A stretch of DNA of 63,981 nucleotides, the filler included, from Bdellovibrionota bacterium (GTDB lineage Bacteria > Bdellovibrionota > Bdellovibrionia > Bdellovibrionales > JAEYZS01), in NCBI GenBank assembly GCA_963169515.1. It is 5 parts of 5 records of this genome, joined end to end, with 100 filler letters (N's around TTAATTAATTAA, not from the genome) between each part and the next. Parts side by side here need not be neighbours in the genome. Positions count along the whole stretch, not along the records: positions 12,378 to 32,213 come from CAUJEF010000084.1; positions 32,314 to 52,030 come from CAUJEF010000086.1; 3 more parts are not named here. One strand, written 5' to 3'. Each line of letters starts with the position of its first letter. Within the stretch, counting starts at the first letter, position 1. A model generated the notes under the pieces. It ran no database searches. It worked only from the letters and a program-made list of their open reading frames with translations, and was not told the origin of the DNA. This document shows positions 26,958-39,572 of this stretch, piece by piece. The translations under genes were made by a program, and so were the position numbers.

Positions 26958-28058
26958 ATGCGGGCGATAACGATCTGGGGCGTTCTTCTAAGCATAACTA
27001 TATCTGTGCAGGCACTCGCTTTTGGGCCTTATTCACTATCCAACATTCTACAGACCAAATACTTTTACGGTTACGAAGCCCAACGCCATGGCGTTGAGAT
27101 CGAATATAAAGGTCTTGGCATCGAAAAATCAGCGCAAATCATACGTTCACAGGTTGGCGGACAAATCGTTTATGGAAAATCTGAAGAAGGATTAGATTAC
27201 GCAATCATTCGAAACTCGATCATTGGAACATTCAAAGTCAAAGTAGAAACCAATCAAAAAGGTGACACCATTACCCCAGAGTCCGAATGGGTCTATGAAA
27301 TTGTCGGGCCACCATTGTATTACCAGGGCAACCAGCTACTGCAGACGGTCGTATCGGCTCTGCTTAAAGCCGGGGCTATCGGGGCAGAATCGGATGCACC
27401 CTTAAGTATTCAGCCAAACCGTGAGGTTGCCCCTAATGCAGACAAACTTTCCCAGAAAGAGATGGCCGAAATATTGAAATTTGAATTCAAAGTCATGCGA
27501 AACGTATTCAACAATTTAGATATTTTCATGCGTGAATGGGATCCGGTTCCAAGCCGTCTCGATTACATTGCCCGTCCATCGGATGGGCTTATGAAACTTA
27601 TGCGCGATCCGAACTATAAACCAGACGCAATACGGATTCTTCAAGATGTCGTTTATCGACAAAGCTTAGAATTTTTAGGCCGTGCTGACGCGTTCAATAT
27701 CCCGTTTTCTGAAGTGATGGCCTCCCTTGAAAAATTGAATTTTCCAATCGTGGAAAGGGTCGTAAAGCTCACCCCGCACAGAATCTCATCGCTTATTTGC
27801 ACTGTTTTCCCAGAAGACCTCTATTGCCGAAAATACATCGAAACCAAATGGACGTTTAGAGCGCCCATCGTAGAACACCGCCCCTACAATAACAACCACG
27901 ACATCATGTCGCCGCTGCGGGAATCCGTCGGTATTGCAAACGCAACACGTGAACATGGGTTGTTTTTATTTAATTCGGAAACGGCCGAACTTAGGCCGCT
28001 TACCGGTTTAAATTCTTTTGTCTGCGAACAAATTTTTGCAGCCGCGGCTGGATTCTAA
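26958..28058 (+). CDS. Signal-peptide-bearing putative amidoligase (COOH-NH2 ligase-like) protein
   Basis: [32 protein letters not shown] follow the motif order of the amidoligase family. Confidence 0.5.
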   Translation: MRAITIWGVLLSITISVQALAFGPYSLSNILQTKYFYGYEAQRHGVEIEYKGLGIEKSAQIIRSQVGGQIVYGKSEEGLDYAIIRNSIIGTFKVKVETNQKGDTITPESEWVYEIVGPPLYYQGNQLLQTVVSALLKAGAIGAESDAPLSIQPNREVAPNADKLSQKEMAEILKFEFKVMRNVFNNLDIFMREWDPVPSRLDYIARPSDGLMKLMRDPNYKPDAIRILQDVVYRQSLEFLGRADAFNIPFSEVMASLEKLNFPIVERVVKLTPHRISSLICTVFPEDLYCRKYIETKWTFRAPIVEHRPYNNNHDIMSPLRESVGIANATREHGLFLFNSETAELRPLTGLNSFVCEQIFAAAAGF

Positions 28059-29068
28059 ATTTCAAGCTGGATCGATTTCGGACGAGCAACCCCTAAATGA
28101 TCGTAAGCAAGTACCGTCGCCATTCGTCCACGTGGAGTTTTTTGTAAAAAACCCTGTTGCAACAGGTAAGGTTCGAAAACATCTTCAATGGTTTCCTTTT
28201 CTTCATTTAAAGCAGCCGACAAGGTTTCAATACCCACAGGCCCACCAGAAAATTTTTGAATAATGATTGAAAGCATACGACGATCCATCTCGTCCAATCC
28301 TTTTGGATCAACGCACATTTGCTCCAAAGCATACTGCGCAATTTTTTTATCAACCTTCCCATTCCCTTTCACTTGGGCATAGTCACGCACACGGCGAAGC
28401 AAGCGGTTCACCACGCGTGGTGTCCCACGGGACCTCATCGCTATTTCACCGGCCCCTTCTTCATCCATATTTACTTTCAATAGCGATGCCGATCGAATCA
28501 ATATTTTAATCAGGTCATTGTGTTCATAAAAATTTAATCGTTCAATAATACCGAAACGATCACGAAACGGGTTATCCAACAGTCCGGCGCGCGTCGTTGC
28601 GCCCACCAGTGTAAACGGGACCAATTGGAACTTCATAGATTTTGCGCCCATGCCTTCGCCAGTTACGATGTCGATGTAGAAATCCTCCATGGCGCTATAA
28701 AGATACTCTTCGACAGTTCGGTTTAATCTGTGAATTTCATCAATAAACAAAATGGATTTTGGTTTTAAGCTTGTCAAAATAGCAGCCAAATCACCTTTTC
28801 GATCCAAGGCGGGCCCCGAAGTCGTTTTAATATCCACACCCAGCTGGTTTGCCAAAATATATGCCAGGGTTGTTTTTCCCAAGCCTGGGGGGCCGAATAG
28901 CAGCGTATGGTCCAAAGGTTCGCTGCGTTTTTTTGCGGCCTCGACATAGACATTTAATTTTTCAACGACGGCGCGTTGACCTGGGAATTCATTGAAACTT
29001 TTAGGGCGAAGACTGATTTCAAACTGATCACCTTCGGCTTGCGCCCCTTCAACCAAACGCTTTGACAT
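28055..29068 (-). CDS. ruvB: Holliday junction helicase RuvB
   Basis: [37 protein letters not shown]. Confidence 0.98.
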   Translation of the reverse strand: MSKRLVEGAQAEGDQFEISLRPKSFNEFPGQRAVVEKLNVYVEAAKKRSEPLDHTLLFGPPGLGKTTLAYILANQLGVDIKTTSGPALDRKGDLAAILTSLKPKSILFIDEIHRLNRTVEEYLYSAMEDFYIDIVTGEGMGAKSMKFQLVPFTLVGATTRAGLLDNPFRDRFGIIERLNFYEHNDLIKILIRSASLLKVNMDEEGAGEIAMRSRGTPRVVNRLLRRVRDYAQVKGNGKVDKKIAQYALEQMCVDPKGLDEMDRRMLSIIIQKFSGGPVGIETLSAALNEEKETIEDVFEPYLLQQGFLQKTPRGRMATVLAYDHLGVARPKSIQLEI

Positions 29069-29071
29069 ATC

Positions 29072-29644
29072 CTACTGTCCCGACAGTGCTGAAAGGCTCT
29101 GTCTAAATCCATTTTCAAATTCTATCGTGTCTGAAATATCTTTCATCACGCGCTCGACATCAACATCTTTAAATCCCAAATTGACCAAAGCAAAAAAGAT
29201 TTGTTTTTTCACGCCCATATGTGCGGACACTACTTCTTCGGCTTTCAATAGCTTCCCCCGCAGGGTAAGAATAATCTGTTCCGCCGTTTTTTTCCCGACC
29301 TTTGGAATCTTAGACAAACTTCGGGCGTCTTCATTTTCTATCATTTGAACTAAGTTCTCTGGCGTTCCACCTGACAAAATATTGAGTGCGACCTTGGGTC
29401 CTACCCCATTTACTTTCAAAAGCGCCATAAAGAGCGCTTTTTCGTTTTTGCTTGCAAACCCAAACAGGGTGATTTGATCTTCGCGGACATGGGTATAAAT
29501 CCATACTTGAGCTTCTTTTTTGGCCGTCATTGCATATTCAATTGTGTGGACCGAGCAATGCGCTTCATATCCAACGCCATTCACATCAATGATGATCGCA
29601 TCACCATAAGCTTCTAAAAATTTTCCACGCAAAAAAGAAATCAT
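29072..29644 (-). CDS. ruvA: Holliday junction binding protein RuvA
   Basis: GVGY, VRED..LFGF, VNGVGPK, VGKKTA. Confidence 0.97.
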   Translation of the reverse strand: MISFLRGKFLEAYGDAIIIDVNGVGYEAHCSVHTIEYAMTAKKEAQVWIYTHVREDQITLFGFASKNEKALFMALLKVNGVGPKVALNILSGGTPENLVQMIENEDARSLSKIPKVGKKTAEQIILTLRGKLLKAEEVVSAHMGVKKQIFFALVNLGFKDVDVERVMKDISDTIEFENGFRQSLSALSGQ

Positions 29645-30141
29645 AGCGTCGCTTCCTGGCGGTTGGTCTTTGCCGCAATCTCAATCTGCTGACCGTGATA
29701 TACGGCCACCGCCAACGCATCCGTTGCATCAAACGACGGAGATGTTTTAATTTTTAAAAGATTAAAAATCAACTTTTGAACTGTCTCTTTATCTGCAGCT
29801 CCAGATCCGGTGATTCCTTTTTTAACGGAACGGGTTGCATATTCAGCAATTGCAATATTATTTTTGGCGGCTTGAAAGAGCACCACCCCCCGAGCGTGTC
29901 CTAATTTAAAAGCGCTGTCGGCATTTTTCCCTAAAAAGATTTTTTCTATCGCTATGGAATCCGGAGAATGTTTTTTAATAATTTTTCCAATGGCCTCACC
30001 GATAGAGAGGATCCTTTGCGCAAAGGAACCTTTACCAACGAGGGTTCCATATTCAATGCATGAAATCTCGTTGCCCTTTATTTCTAGAATGCCATATCCG
30101 GTATTTTGCGAGCCCGGATCAATCCCCATTATGATGGACAT
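29641..30141 (-). CDS. ruvC: Crossover junction endonuclease RuvC
   Basis: GIDPG, AIE, GHARG, DATDALAVA. Confidence 0.97.
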   Translation of the reverse strand: MSIIMGIDPGSQNTGYGILEIKGNEISCIEYGTLVGKGSFAQRILSIGEAIGKIIKKHSPDSIAIEKIFLGKNADSAFKLGHARGVVLFQAAKNNIAIAEYATRSVKKGITGSGAADKETVQKLIFNLLKIKTSPSFDATDALAVAVYHGQQIEIAAKTNRQEATL

Positions 30142-30260
30142 TTGCTCCCCTATTTCACAAAAATTACGGTATCAGTTCTGCTGTTTGTGGCAATAAAATT
30201 TTATCCACGACTAATACAATTCCATTGCATCCCTTTAACGATACCTGTTAGGTTTCTTTT

Positions 30261-31100
30261 ATGGCTCAAAACATAAATTTGGAATTCATCGAACGCTATC
30301 AGTTGGTGCTGGAAAAAGACCCACAATCCAAGGTATTTGCCCCGTTGGGTGAAGCGTATAGAAAAATGGGATTACAAAAGGAAGCTCTGCAGGTCCTCTC
30401 TGCAGGCGTAAGGCTACATCCTAATTTCGCAAGCGGGCGCGTTTCACTTGCCAAACTTTTAATGGACCAGGGGAAATATTCAGAGGCCATTGATCACCTA
30501 AAAGTTGCCGTAGATATTGCAGCAGAAAATATTCTTGCCCACCGCCTATTGGCCGATTGCTATATGAAAATCAGACAACCAAAATTCGCCCTAAAGTCCT
30601 ATAAAATGACTCTGTTTCTTAATCCTGATGACGCGATAGCCAAAGAATATGTCAGTAAGCTTGAAAGTTTAACTGCCGATGAATACGAAGACGAGATTTT
30701 TGAAATGAAGGCGCTATCCGGAAAAGAAGAAAAAAATCCATCAGTTAGCCATATTATTGAGAAAAAAATTACAGCCATGCCGTTTGCGCCACACCCAGTC
30801 TTGCGAGAACGACAATTAGAGCGAATTATTTCGCTAATCGACGCTTTTATTGCTCGTGGAGACATCACAAAAGCGGGCGAAGTTTTAAAACAAGGCGAAA
30901 TTAAAATTGGATCCCATGATGAGTTTGAAAAACGCAAGAAATTTATAAATTCCCGCATCTATAACGAAACACCAGAGGTTGAAGAACCGCTGGCGCCTAT
31001 CTTTGAACGTGATCTGATTAAGCCGCAGAAAAAAATTGACTTCCTTAACCGTGTCCTTCAAAGAATTCATGATCGCAGATTAGATCTATCGCAAAGGTGA
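30261..31100 (+). CDS. Tetratricopeptide repeat protein
   Basis: N-terminal TPR-like units (FAPLGEAYRK, LAKLLMDQGKYSEA, AHRLLADCY). Confidence 0.8.
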   Translation: MAQNINLEFIERYQLVLEKDPQSKVFAPLGEAYRKMGLQKEALQVLSAGVRLHPNFASGRVSLAKLLMDQGKYSEAIDHLKVAVDIAAENILAHRLLADCYMKIRQPKFALKSYKMTLFLNPDDAIAKEYVSKLESLTADEYEDEIFEMKALSGKEEKNPSVSHIIEKKITAMPFAPHPVLRERQLERIISLIDAFIARGDITKAGEVLKQGEIKIGSHDEFEKRKKFINSRIYNETPEVEEPLAPIFERDLIKPQKKIDFLNRVLQRIHDRRLDLSQR

Positions 31101-31104
31101 TATT

Positions 31105-31668
31105 ATGTTAGAAACATCCGACTTTAGACGGGGCCTCAAGATTATGGTCGAGGGTAACCCCTACGAAATTACCGATTTCCAGCACGTAAAGCCAGGCAAA
31201 GGCAACCAATTCAGCCGAACAAAATTGCGAAATCTGCTTACAGGCCAAAACCTTGAGCGCACCTTTAAGTCAGGTGAAAAATTTGAAGAGCCCGACGTCA
31301 CTTACAAAACCGTAAACTTCCTCTATAAAGACGAAAGTGGCTTTCATTTCATGGATCAAACTAATTTTGAACAAATTGCTCTGAATTCAACTGAAATTTC
31401 TGACGCATACAAATACCTCACAGAAAATTTAGAGGTATCCGTGCTGTATTACAACGGAAGACCTATTTCCGTTCAAACGCCAAACTCTGTTGTGCTTACC
31501 GTGATACAAACCGACCCTGGTCATAAGGGTAATACCGTCACAAATACCTACAAGCCGGCCAAGCTTGAAACAGGTCACGTCGTTCAAGTTCCCCTTCACA
31601 TTAGTGAAGGCGATCGCTTGAAAGTAGACACGCGCACAGGCGATTATATTGAGCGCGTAAATAGCTAA
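31105..31668 (+). CDS. efp: Elongation factor P
   Basis: HVKPGKG, KPAKLETG, KVDTRTGDYIER. Confidence 0.97.
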   Translation: MLETSDFRRGLKIMVEGNPYEITDFQHVKPGKGNQFSRTKLRNLLTGQNLERTFKSGEKFEEPDVTYKTVNFLYKDESGFHFMDQTNFEQIALNSTEISDAYKYLTENLEVSVLYYNGRPISVQTPNSVVLTVIQTDPGHKGNTVTNTYKPAKLETGHVVQVPLHISEGDRLKVDTRTGDYIERVNS

Positions 31669-31756
31669 GTTTGCCGGACATTTTTACCCCGTACTATGCT
31701 CTAGAAATGGGGTCCAGAACTCCACAATTCTCTAAGAATCACGGATAATTAGCTCT

Positions 31757-32213
31757 GTGGCACCATCAATCGAAAAAAAAATTAAAAAGCTTCTTGTTCA
31801 GCACGGAGAGGCCATCATCGTCGCAGACGAGCTGTTGAAAATGTGGGATCGCAATGAATTTTCTTTCGCTGAACAAAATCACGTAGCACTTTTTATGATT
31901 CGTGGCGGTTTTTCCCCAACCGTCGTAAATCAAATAAAAAAAAATATCTCTAAAAAACAACGCGTCCCATGGGCTGCCCTTCTTGAAATTTTAGGAACAC
32001 TTGCAAATAAACCCACAAAAGACCTGATGGATCAAATTTTTATTGGAGCGGCAGAGGAAGATGCTCTGAACGAATTTATTTTTACACGAAAGCTAGATTA
32101 TTCAGATCATCGATTTAGAAAGTTAAGACAACAGTTTACAGATACATTAAACAAAGAGCTCGAAGAAAAAAAGAAAAGTCTTTTGAACCAAGCCAATTTC
32201 TTGAGAAAAGACC
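31757..32213 (+). CDS. Hypothetical protein, truncated by the linker
   Basis: Open frame from GTG to the contig end; helical composition. Confidence 0.55.
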
Positions 32214-32313
32214 NNNNNNNNNNNNNNNNNNNNNNNNNNNNNNNNNNNNNNNNNNNNTTAATTAATTAANNNNNNNNNNNNNNNNNNNNNNNNNNNNNNN
32301 NNNNNNNNNNNNN
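32214..32313. other. Artificial contig linker
   Basis: N44-TTAATTAATTAA-N44. Confidence 0.97.
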
Positions 32314-35300
32314 ATTCGAACGTCTCGTTTGAAAATGATGATCCCGCAGGTAATCGCGATGTTGGCTGCGTGTGGCTGCTCAGATAATTATTTTGATCGT
32401 AACTCGATGATTCAATTCCATCATTTGATGTTATTGAAGTCGACATCCCCAAATTGTTTCGCGTGAAGGTGAAGAATTGTTTTACTTGACCGCTGCTAAT
32501 GTGTTGGATTGAGGATAGACGTTGCAATCCATCATAACTAAACTGGCTTTCTATACCTGGTTTTGATATTTTCGAGGTTTGTCCAACAGAAGTGTAATCG
32601 TATGAAAACACTTCGCCGTTATGATTTGTTAACGATTGAAAGCGACCGTTGCTAAAATAGCTGTAATTGGTTATCCCACCATAGGAGTCCATCATTTTGA
32701 CCCTTTGGTCATTAAGATTATAAATATACGAAAGCGCAATTGTGGGATAATTTACCATTTCGCCCAGACCAGTAACAGTGGTTGAATTTACTCTTCCCAA
32801 TACATCATTTGTAATTATAACTTGCGAATTTTTGTTTTTGGCTAGGGCGAGATTTCCACGAATATCATAAGCATATTCATACGTGTCATCTGGCAGGACC
32901 TTTTTATTGACACGATTTAAAGTATCGTATTGAAAAGTTTTAATTCGTGCTCCGGGCTCTTCAATTTGAACTATATTGTCATTGCTGTCGTATGCGTATT
33001 TAAAAACTCTGCCAGAAAAATCATGCTTCTCGATAACCCGATTAAGATTGTCGTATACAAAGGACATGGTTTGTCCCGTTGGATTTAAGACCCGCTCTAG
33101 GTTTCCATTATTTAAATAGCTATAGGTGGTTACTTCATTCTTAGGATTGGTTACCTTTGTAAGTCTGTTAAACAAATCATATTCGAAACGTGTTACAAGA
33201 TTATCATTAGTTCCTCGAACATCTATAACGGCAATGATGTTGCCGACCGCATCCCTCTGATATCGTCTGTCAACATTATCAGAAGAAGTTTCCCTTACAA
33301 GCAGACCAAGCTCATCGTATTCGTAATTTCTTGTGTAGTTAACCCCGTCACCAATTGGAGTTACAGAACTGATTGGAAGGCCGAGATTGTTGTAGGCATA
33401 CGTCGTTACTATGCCGGTGGGATCTTTTTCACTTGTTAATAAATTTTTATCAGCATTAAAGATTTTTTCCGAGCGCAGTGCCCCTCTTATCGATACAATT
33501 TCATTTCCAAAAAAATCGTAAGTAGATTGAGAAATCTTACCAGATGAAGTATCTGTAAAACTGATCATATCTCCGGTCACAACATCGTAGACCATTTCAA
33601 CGGTTGAGTTGTCTGGCCGCTTGATTAGTGTCGGCTTTCCATCCGCATTTCTTGTAACTTCCGTAACAGCGCCTGTACCATCCACAATCTTTGAAACGTA
33701 TCCATTTAAATCGCGAACAAATTTCGTTTCAACGTCTTTTGCGTCAACAATTCCGTCTGACGCCTGACCCTGTTGAATTCCATATGATCTTAATTGCCCT
33801 GAATTACCGCCAATAAAGTTATTAACCATAGTTTGGGATGTCGAATCGTTGACAATTATTTCAGAATTATCGGCTCTTTTTACTGAATATAAACGCCCGA
33901 ACTCATTATAGATATATTCTGTTGTATGACCAAGAGTATCCGTTTCTTCAATCATCAGGCCATCATTGTCATAACCAAAAAATTTAGTAGCTCCGTCGGG
34001 AAATTCAACACCGATGAGTTTATTTCCTTGATAATCAAAACTTGTTTTCCGTCCTATGGGATCGGTAATTTTGCTTAATAGGTTGCCAGAATATTCGTAA
34101 GTGATTGTTTGCCCAACAGGATCAACTTGTGAAATTAAGCGGCCTTCGGAATCATAGTTGAATTGGGTTTCACGGCCGACCTTGTCTATTATCGATGTAC
34201 ATTTTCCTTCAGCATCAAAATACGCAACTATACCGTTTCGAAATTCACGTGAAAATGTTAAATCATTATATCGATACAGTTTTGAATTATCTTTTTGGCT
34301 TGGCTCATAGGTTAAAACGCCAGTCTGTGACTCATTAAAAATGACTCGTCTAATGCTATGATGACCAGCATCTGCTATAATTAGATTTCCATCGGAATCA
34401 ACTCCGATATCTTTCGGACTACAGAGAGAGGCATTTATAGCAGCTCCTCCATTTTGCATTGTTTGGGTACAAGTCCCGTTTCCCGCTACAACTTGTGCAA
34501 TTTTTGTAGCAAGATCAACTTTGACAATTCTGTGATTACCGGTATCTGCAATGTAGAGAAATCCATTGATGCTGTCGACTGCCAGGCCCGCAGGGCGTGT
34601 AAAGATCATTTCTTCAGCGTGTGCCACGTCGGTTAAAATACCACCTTCTTCTGGTAACTTTCCAGCATAGCGAGTAATTGTACCAATTGTGTCAACCTTG
34701 CGAATCAAACCCTTCTCAGTAGCAATATATAAATTTCCATCAGCATCATAAACAGCTGCCAATGGATGAAAAATAGATGCATTTACGGCTAGTCCACCAT
34801 CGCCGTTATCAAGATTTTGTCCGTTTCCTGCAATTCGTTGGACAGTATTGTCTGACAAATTAATTGATCGAATCATGTTATTGCCATTGTCGACAACGAC
34901 CACATTATTTCCAAAGCCTTTTGCAATATTGATTGGGTCATTGAATAAAGCTTGTGATAGGGTGCCGTCCTGATAACCAGTGCGCGGAAATTCTATAGGA
35001 GTAGTTGAGGGCTCTGGAACATCACAAATTGTTCCGCTAATTGCTTGTTCTGGCGCTTGATACCCAACGCGGGCCGCGTGAAGTTTAATCGCTAGGGAAC
35101 CTGATGCCCAATGGCCTGCGGTTTCAGTCTTTATACAACTCCCGGCTTTGGATGATTGACAAAAAACTTGCCCTGGACACAACCCAGTATTAAAGAAGCA
35201 ACCATTATCAAAAGTAATTGACGTAGACAACGCGTTGCCAGCTTGGTTGAGTGTTTTAGAGATGTCATGTTTAGACTCAAAAAAAGCCCCCGAAATATCA

Positions 35301-38300
35301 ATACCGTAATAACTCCCATTTCCCAAATCTAATATACCTCTAACATCTCTTGGAAAACTAACATTATATCTGTACTTTCTGCACGCACCAACGTTGGGGT
35401 CGAAGGAATGCAAAGAAATATCATAGAATTGGCCAATGTTATTTGTTCTCTCAATGTTTCTATTAAGAAGAGTTAAATTACTTTGCATATCAGCACGCTT
35501 TAAAGTGTTAGTTTGATCCACATAAGAAACGTATGGCCACATTGATAAATCCACGGCTTTTAGCTCTGAATTTCCGGAGTCATATACCAATTCAATCGTG
35601 TTAGCCAGGCCATAGCTTGCAATTGAACCATCGGCTTCTTCAGCCATAATGCGTGGCCCATTAACACTATAAAGTCTTGGCACTCCAGCAATTTTCCAGC
35701 CCTGTCCGATTTCAGAATTAATTTTATTTTGTGTGAAAATTTGTCCAGATACATCTTGTGGAAATACTTTATCTATTGTTCTGCTTTCCAATGAAGATAC
35801 TTGGCTTACTTTGGTCCTACCGAAAATTTTTCTGGTTCGAATTGTTTGGGTTGTGAGAACCATTTGCTTGAGTTTTACCGAATACCTAGCTGAATATGGA
35901 TGAAGTCCTGAACTTACGTTACTCAAATCTATTCCGAATGAAACAACAGACTGATTTGGAACGCCGATTAAACGAAAATTTTCGCTTGTAACGTCTTCTG
36001 TTATAAATTGTGCTTCAATATATTCTGGCTCCACCCAAGCTTGACCCCCAACTGACACCGAGGAAGAGACAAAAAGACTTCTTCCGCTGACCGTAAAAGG
36101 GGAAAATTGGATAGTATTTCTGGGCACATCAATCATATTTGTTGCAGCAACAGATGGATATGCCCAAGAACTTTTGTATAATAACGCAGGTTTAATATCG
36201 CTTCCTAAAGATTTAAAGCTTGGAAGCTCGACTTGTGTTGATAGCGCACCGTTAAAAGTATCTGCGCCAACTCTATCTTGCGTTCCTATGGGGGCAACTT
36301 TTGGTCCAAGAGGGGCCGCATAAACCTCTGAGAAGTGTGTAATACCTTGGCCAGGCTCTGTTACAATTGATGAACCATCATTGGATACTTTGGCAACGCC
36401 ATCAATTTCCCAAAGACCCTTTATACTATTTTTAGACAAAATCACTACTTGAACGCCCGGCGGAATTTGGTTCACGTTAGGTAGAGTAAGCCCAACAGGT
36501 TGGGCAAAAGAAACGCCAGAGGGCTCGAGAGCAATTACGGTTTCAGGAATTGCAAACTCTTGTGGCGGTACTGAGGTTCTATCTGCTGGTATTTCCATAA
36601 TTGAGACCACGCCCGAATTCGTTCCGTTTGGAAATTTAATTGCTCCAGCAGGAATTTCTAACATCACGCCAGGCGCATGCAAGCTCGTTACGACAGAAGC
36701 GGCACCATTTACGACAGGCGTTTCTGTTCCGTCTGAAACTAATGGAGTTAAATAAATAACGTCTTCCAGAACATTTGTTTGATTTATTCCGACGTTGACA
36801 GAAATATTTGTTGAAAAATATTTTGTTGTTGGGCCGATTAAATCTTGTGGAATTTGGCTGCCGTCTATTGTAATTACCCTATTCCCAGTAGGAACATTGA
36901 CAATGTTAAATACGCCATTGGCATCCGTAGCAACAAACGCGCCTTGGCTACCATCAATACTTACACGGACTCCCATTAAAGGGTTTCCATCAATTGAATT
37001 TTTGACAATTCCTGAAAGTGTCGTGTTAACATTAAACGGTAGTGTTACAGATTTTGAAGTTCCGTTTGCAGTTGCGCTTATGGAAACTGAAGATGTTTTT
37101 TTAAGTGTCGCGACAAAGCTTCCATCTGATTTTGAAACAACAGTGGTCGAGTTAAACAATCCACCATTAATTTCAAGTGTCGTGCCTGGTGTCGACGCGC
37201 CAGCCGCTCCACGGATAACTATCGTATTATTTTCTCCTGTGTCTATCGAAATAAGTTGTTCGAGAAATGGTTCGATTTGAATTTGATAATCGAGTTGAAG
37301 ACTTGTTTGATTTCCTGCTAGGTCAATTGCCACAATTTCAACATGAAAGGGTCCTTGTGTGATCGCCGCATGCATCCAGTCAAAGGCTAACAACCCAGAA
37401 TCAACACTCACATCTTCATCATTGATTTTTAAACTTGAAAGAGCTTCGCTAACATTACCTGCAATTGAAAAATTAAGGCTGCTAATAATTGAGTTATTTT
37501 CAGGCGCTATATTACTGATAACAGGTGCTATGGCATCGAGTGACACAGAAATTTCTTTGCTTGAAATATTCCCTGCTTTATCCGTGGCTATAATTTCAAT
37601 TTGATTTGCTCCATCGGTTAAAGTTATCGGTTGGGAAAATTGTGACTGCGAATTTTGAGGAATATCTATCAAAGCTATCTGCACACCGTTTAATTTGATT
37701 GCCGCAGAAACTGGTGAGGAATCTGTTACAATGTAAAGCAAATTATAATTTGAATTATTCGTGATTTGATTGTTTTCGTTGGCTATTGTAATAGCAGGTA
37801 CCGTCCTGTCAATTACAACGGATCTGCTTAAAGGATTGGGGTTAGCGAAATTGTCAGCGAAATCCTGAGCCTGGAGCTCGATCGTATAGCGACCCTCTTG
37901 CATTGGATTAATTTCTGCTGATACCTTATATAATCGCCCTTCGTCATTTTTTTCCACGCTTAATGGAATCAAACTATCATGACCGTCTATGAGGAATTTA
38001 AATTGGGATGGATTAATGCGTCCGAATTCATCTCGAACATGAGCTGAAATTAATGGGAAATTTTGGCTATATTGAATTGGACCTGATGGTGTAATTGGCT
38101 CTTCCCAAACAGGGGCAATTTGATCAGGGGAAACTACAATTTCTTGTCTGGCTCTTCCAATCTCTTTTCTTTGCACACGAACTTTACCTTTATCTTTTTC
38201 GTAAATGACTTTATAAACGATAAGTTCAAATTCATTTGAATCTTCGGATTGTAAATTTACTAGAGAAATTGGGAAGCTTAAGCTTTCACCAAGCTTAAGT

Positions 38301-39295
38301 TTAATATCACCTTGTTCTAAAACAAGTTGACTGTTAAACCAACCTTCAAGGGCCAACTTTTGTGGACTTCGGTCATTAGAAAAATTGGTGATTTGGGCCT
38401 GTACTTGTGCACTTTCACCATCAATAGGGTTGCCAGATGCCACATTAAATCCGATTCTTAAATCATCAAACTGGCTATCAAAGGACAGTGGGGAGGAAAT
38501 ATTATTTTCTACTTGAATCGGGATGGAAATGCTTGCCAGTAGGCTGGGATTTTTGTCTAAAGCATTATTTACTTTTGCTAATCGCCCGCGCAAACCAGCA
38601 AGTATTTTTTCAATAATTTTTGTTCGTTGTGATTTTTTATGGTGTTCTAAGCGATGTAAACGCTGCTCAAAATACCGGATTTGAAACAAGAGCTTTCCTT
38701 TAATTTTTAAAAGATCTTTTGCGGATCTATTTAGATCGCCAATAGCAATAGCAAATGAGTTTGCATCTGCTTTATCCAAAGAAGGCGTTGAATAACTGAA
38801 CTGTAGGCTCTTTCTATTCTTTTTCCATACAACCTGTTGAGTTACCTCACTATTTCCATCAGGAAAATATGCCTGAATAGAAATTTTCTTGGTGTCTATG
38901 TCATGGCATTGAGTGCGATCATCTTTAACTTTAGCAATGCAAATAGTCCCTGAGATTTTTGCCGATTCGCCATTTTTATATGACCTATTGTCAAGGTTTG
39001 GAACATCTCGTATGATCCAGTAACCATCATTTGACGAGCCTTTGTGAAATGCTTCGAAATCAGAACTGTCTATGTAATTGAGCTTGGTCTCAGTACCTAT
39101 TGCATTAATAATTGCCAACTCATTATTACCAAGCACATAAGAAGTCTTTGTATGTTTGAGCAGCAAATCCATTTCTTCTTTTTCGATAGTATTTGAATCG
39201 GAATCTGACAATGACGAGGGTAGCCGATCATTCTTGGTACAAGATGTGATGAATAATGAACAAAGGAAAAGTTTTGAAAAAACATTCCGATTCAT
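32314..39295 (-). CDS. Giant teneurin-like/RHS lipoprotein (Ig-like repeats, carboxypeptidase-regulatory-like, ZU5-like, NHL, YD repeats); C-terminus missing
   Basis: FITSC lipobox; DxxAP...DxAGN Ig-like units; NHL repeats (GDGGLAVNASIFHP, IADTGNHRI); many YD repeats (YDSEGRL, YDLFNRL, YDIRGNL). Confidence 0.88.
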
Positions 39296-39572
39296 TGTTG
39301 CCCCCTACGTACATACCACGGTAGCCATAATTTTTATGTCTACTTGTTGGACAAAAAATATAGCTGGACTTTTCTATTGTTAGAATTTCGGTACTAAGAA
39401 AAAAGATTTTAGCGAATCAATCTGAGAAATTGTTGCTGACATTTCTAAGCCACGGAAACTTTGGAGATATAAACCAAACCAGTTTATTGAAAAAAATTTT
39501 TCAAAAAATTTAAATTCTTATTTTGATACATCTAATGTTAAGAAAACATTAGGAAATACAAACCATTATAAA

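Noticed and set aside
12781..30141. yebC separated from ruvCAB as evidence of an insertion
   Set aside because: The orientation does not fit a split yebC-ruvC operon, and core fad genes lie between them.
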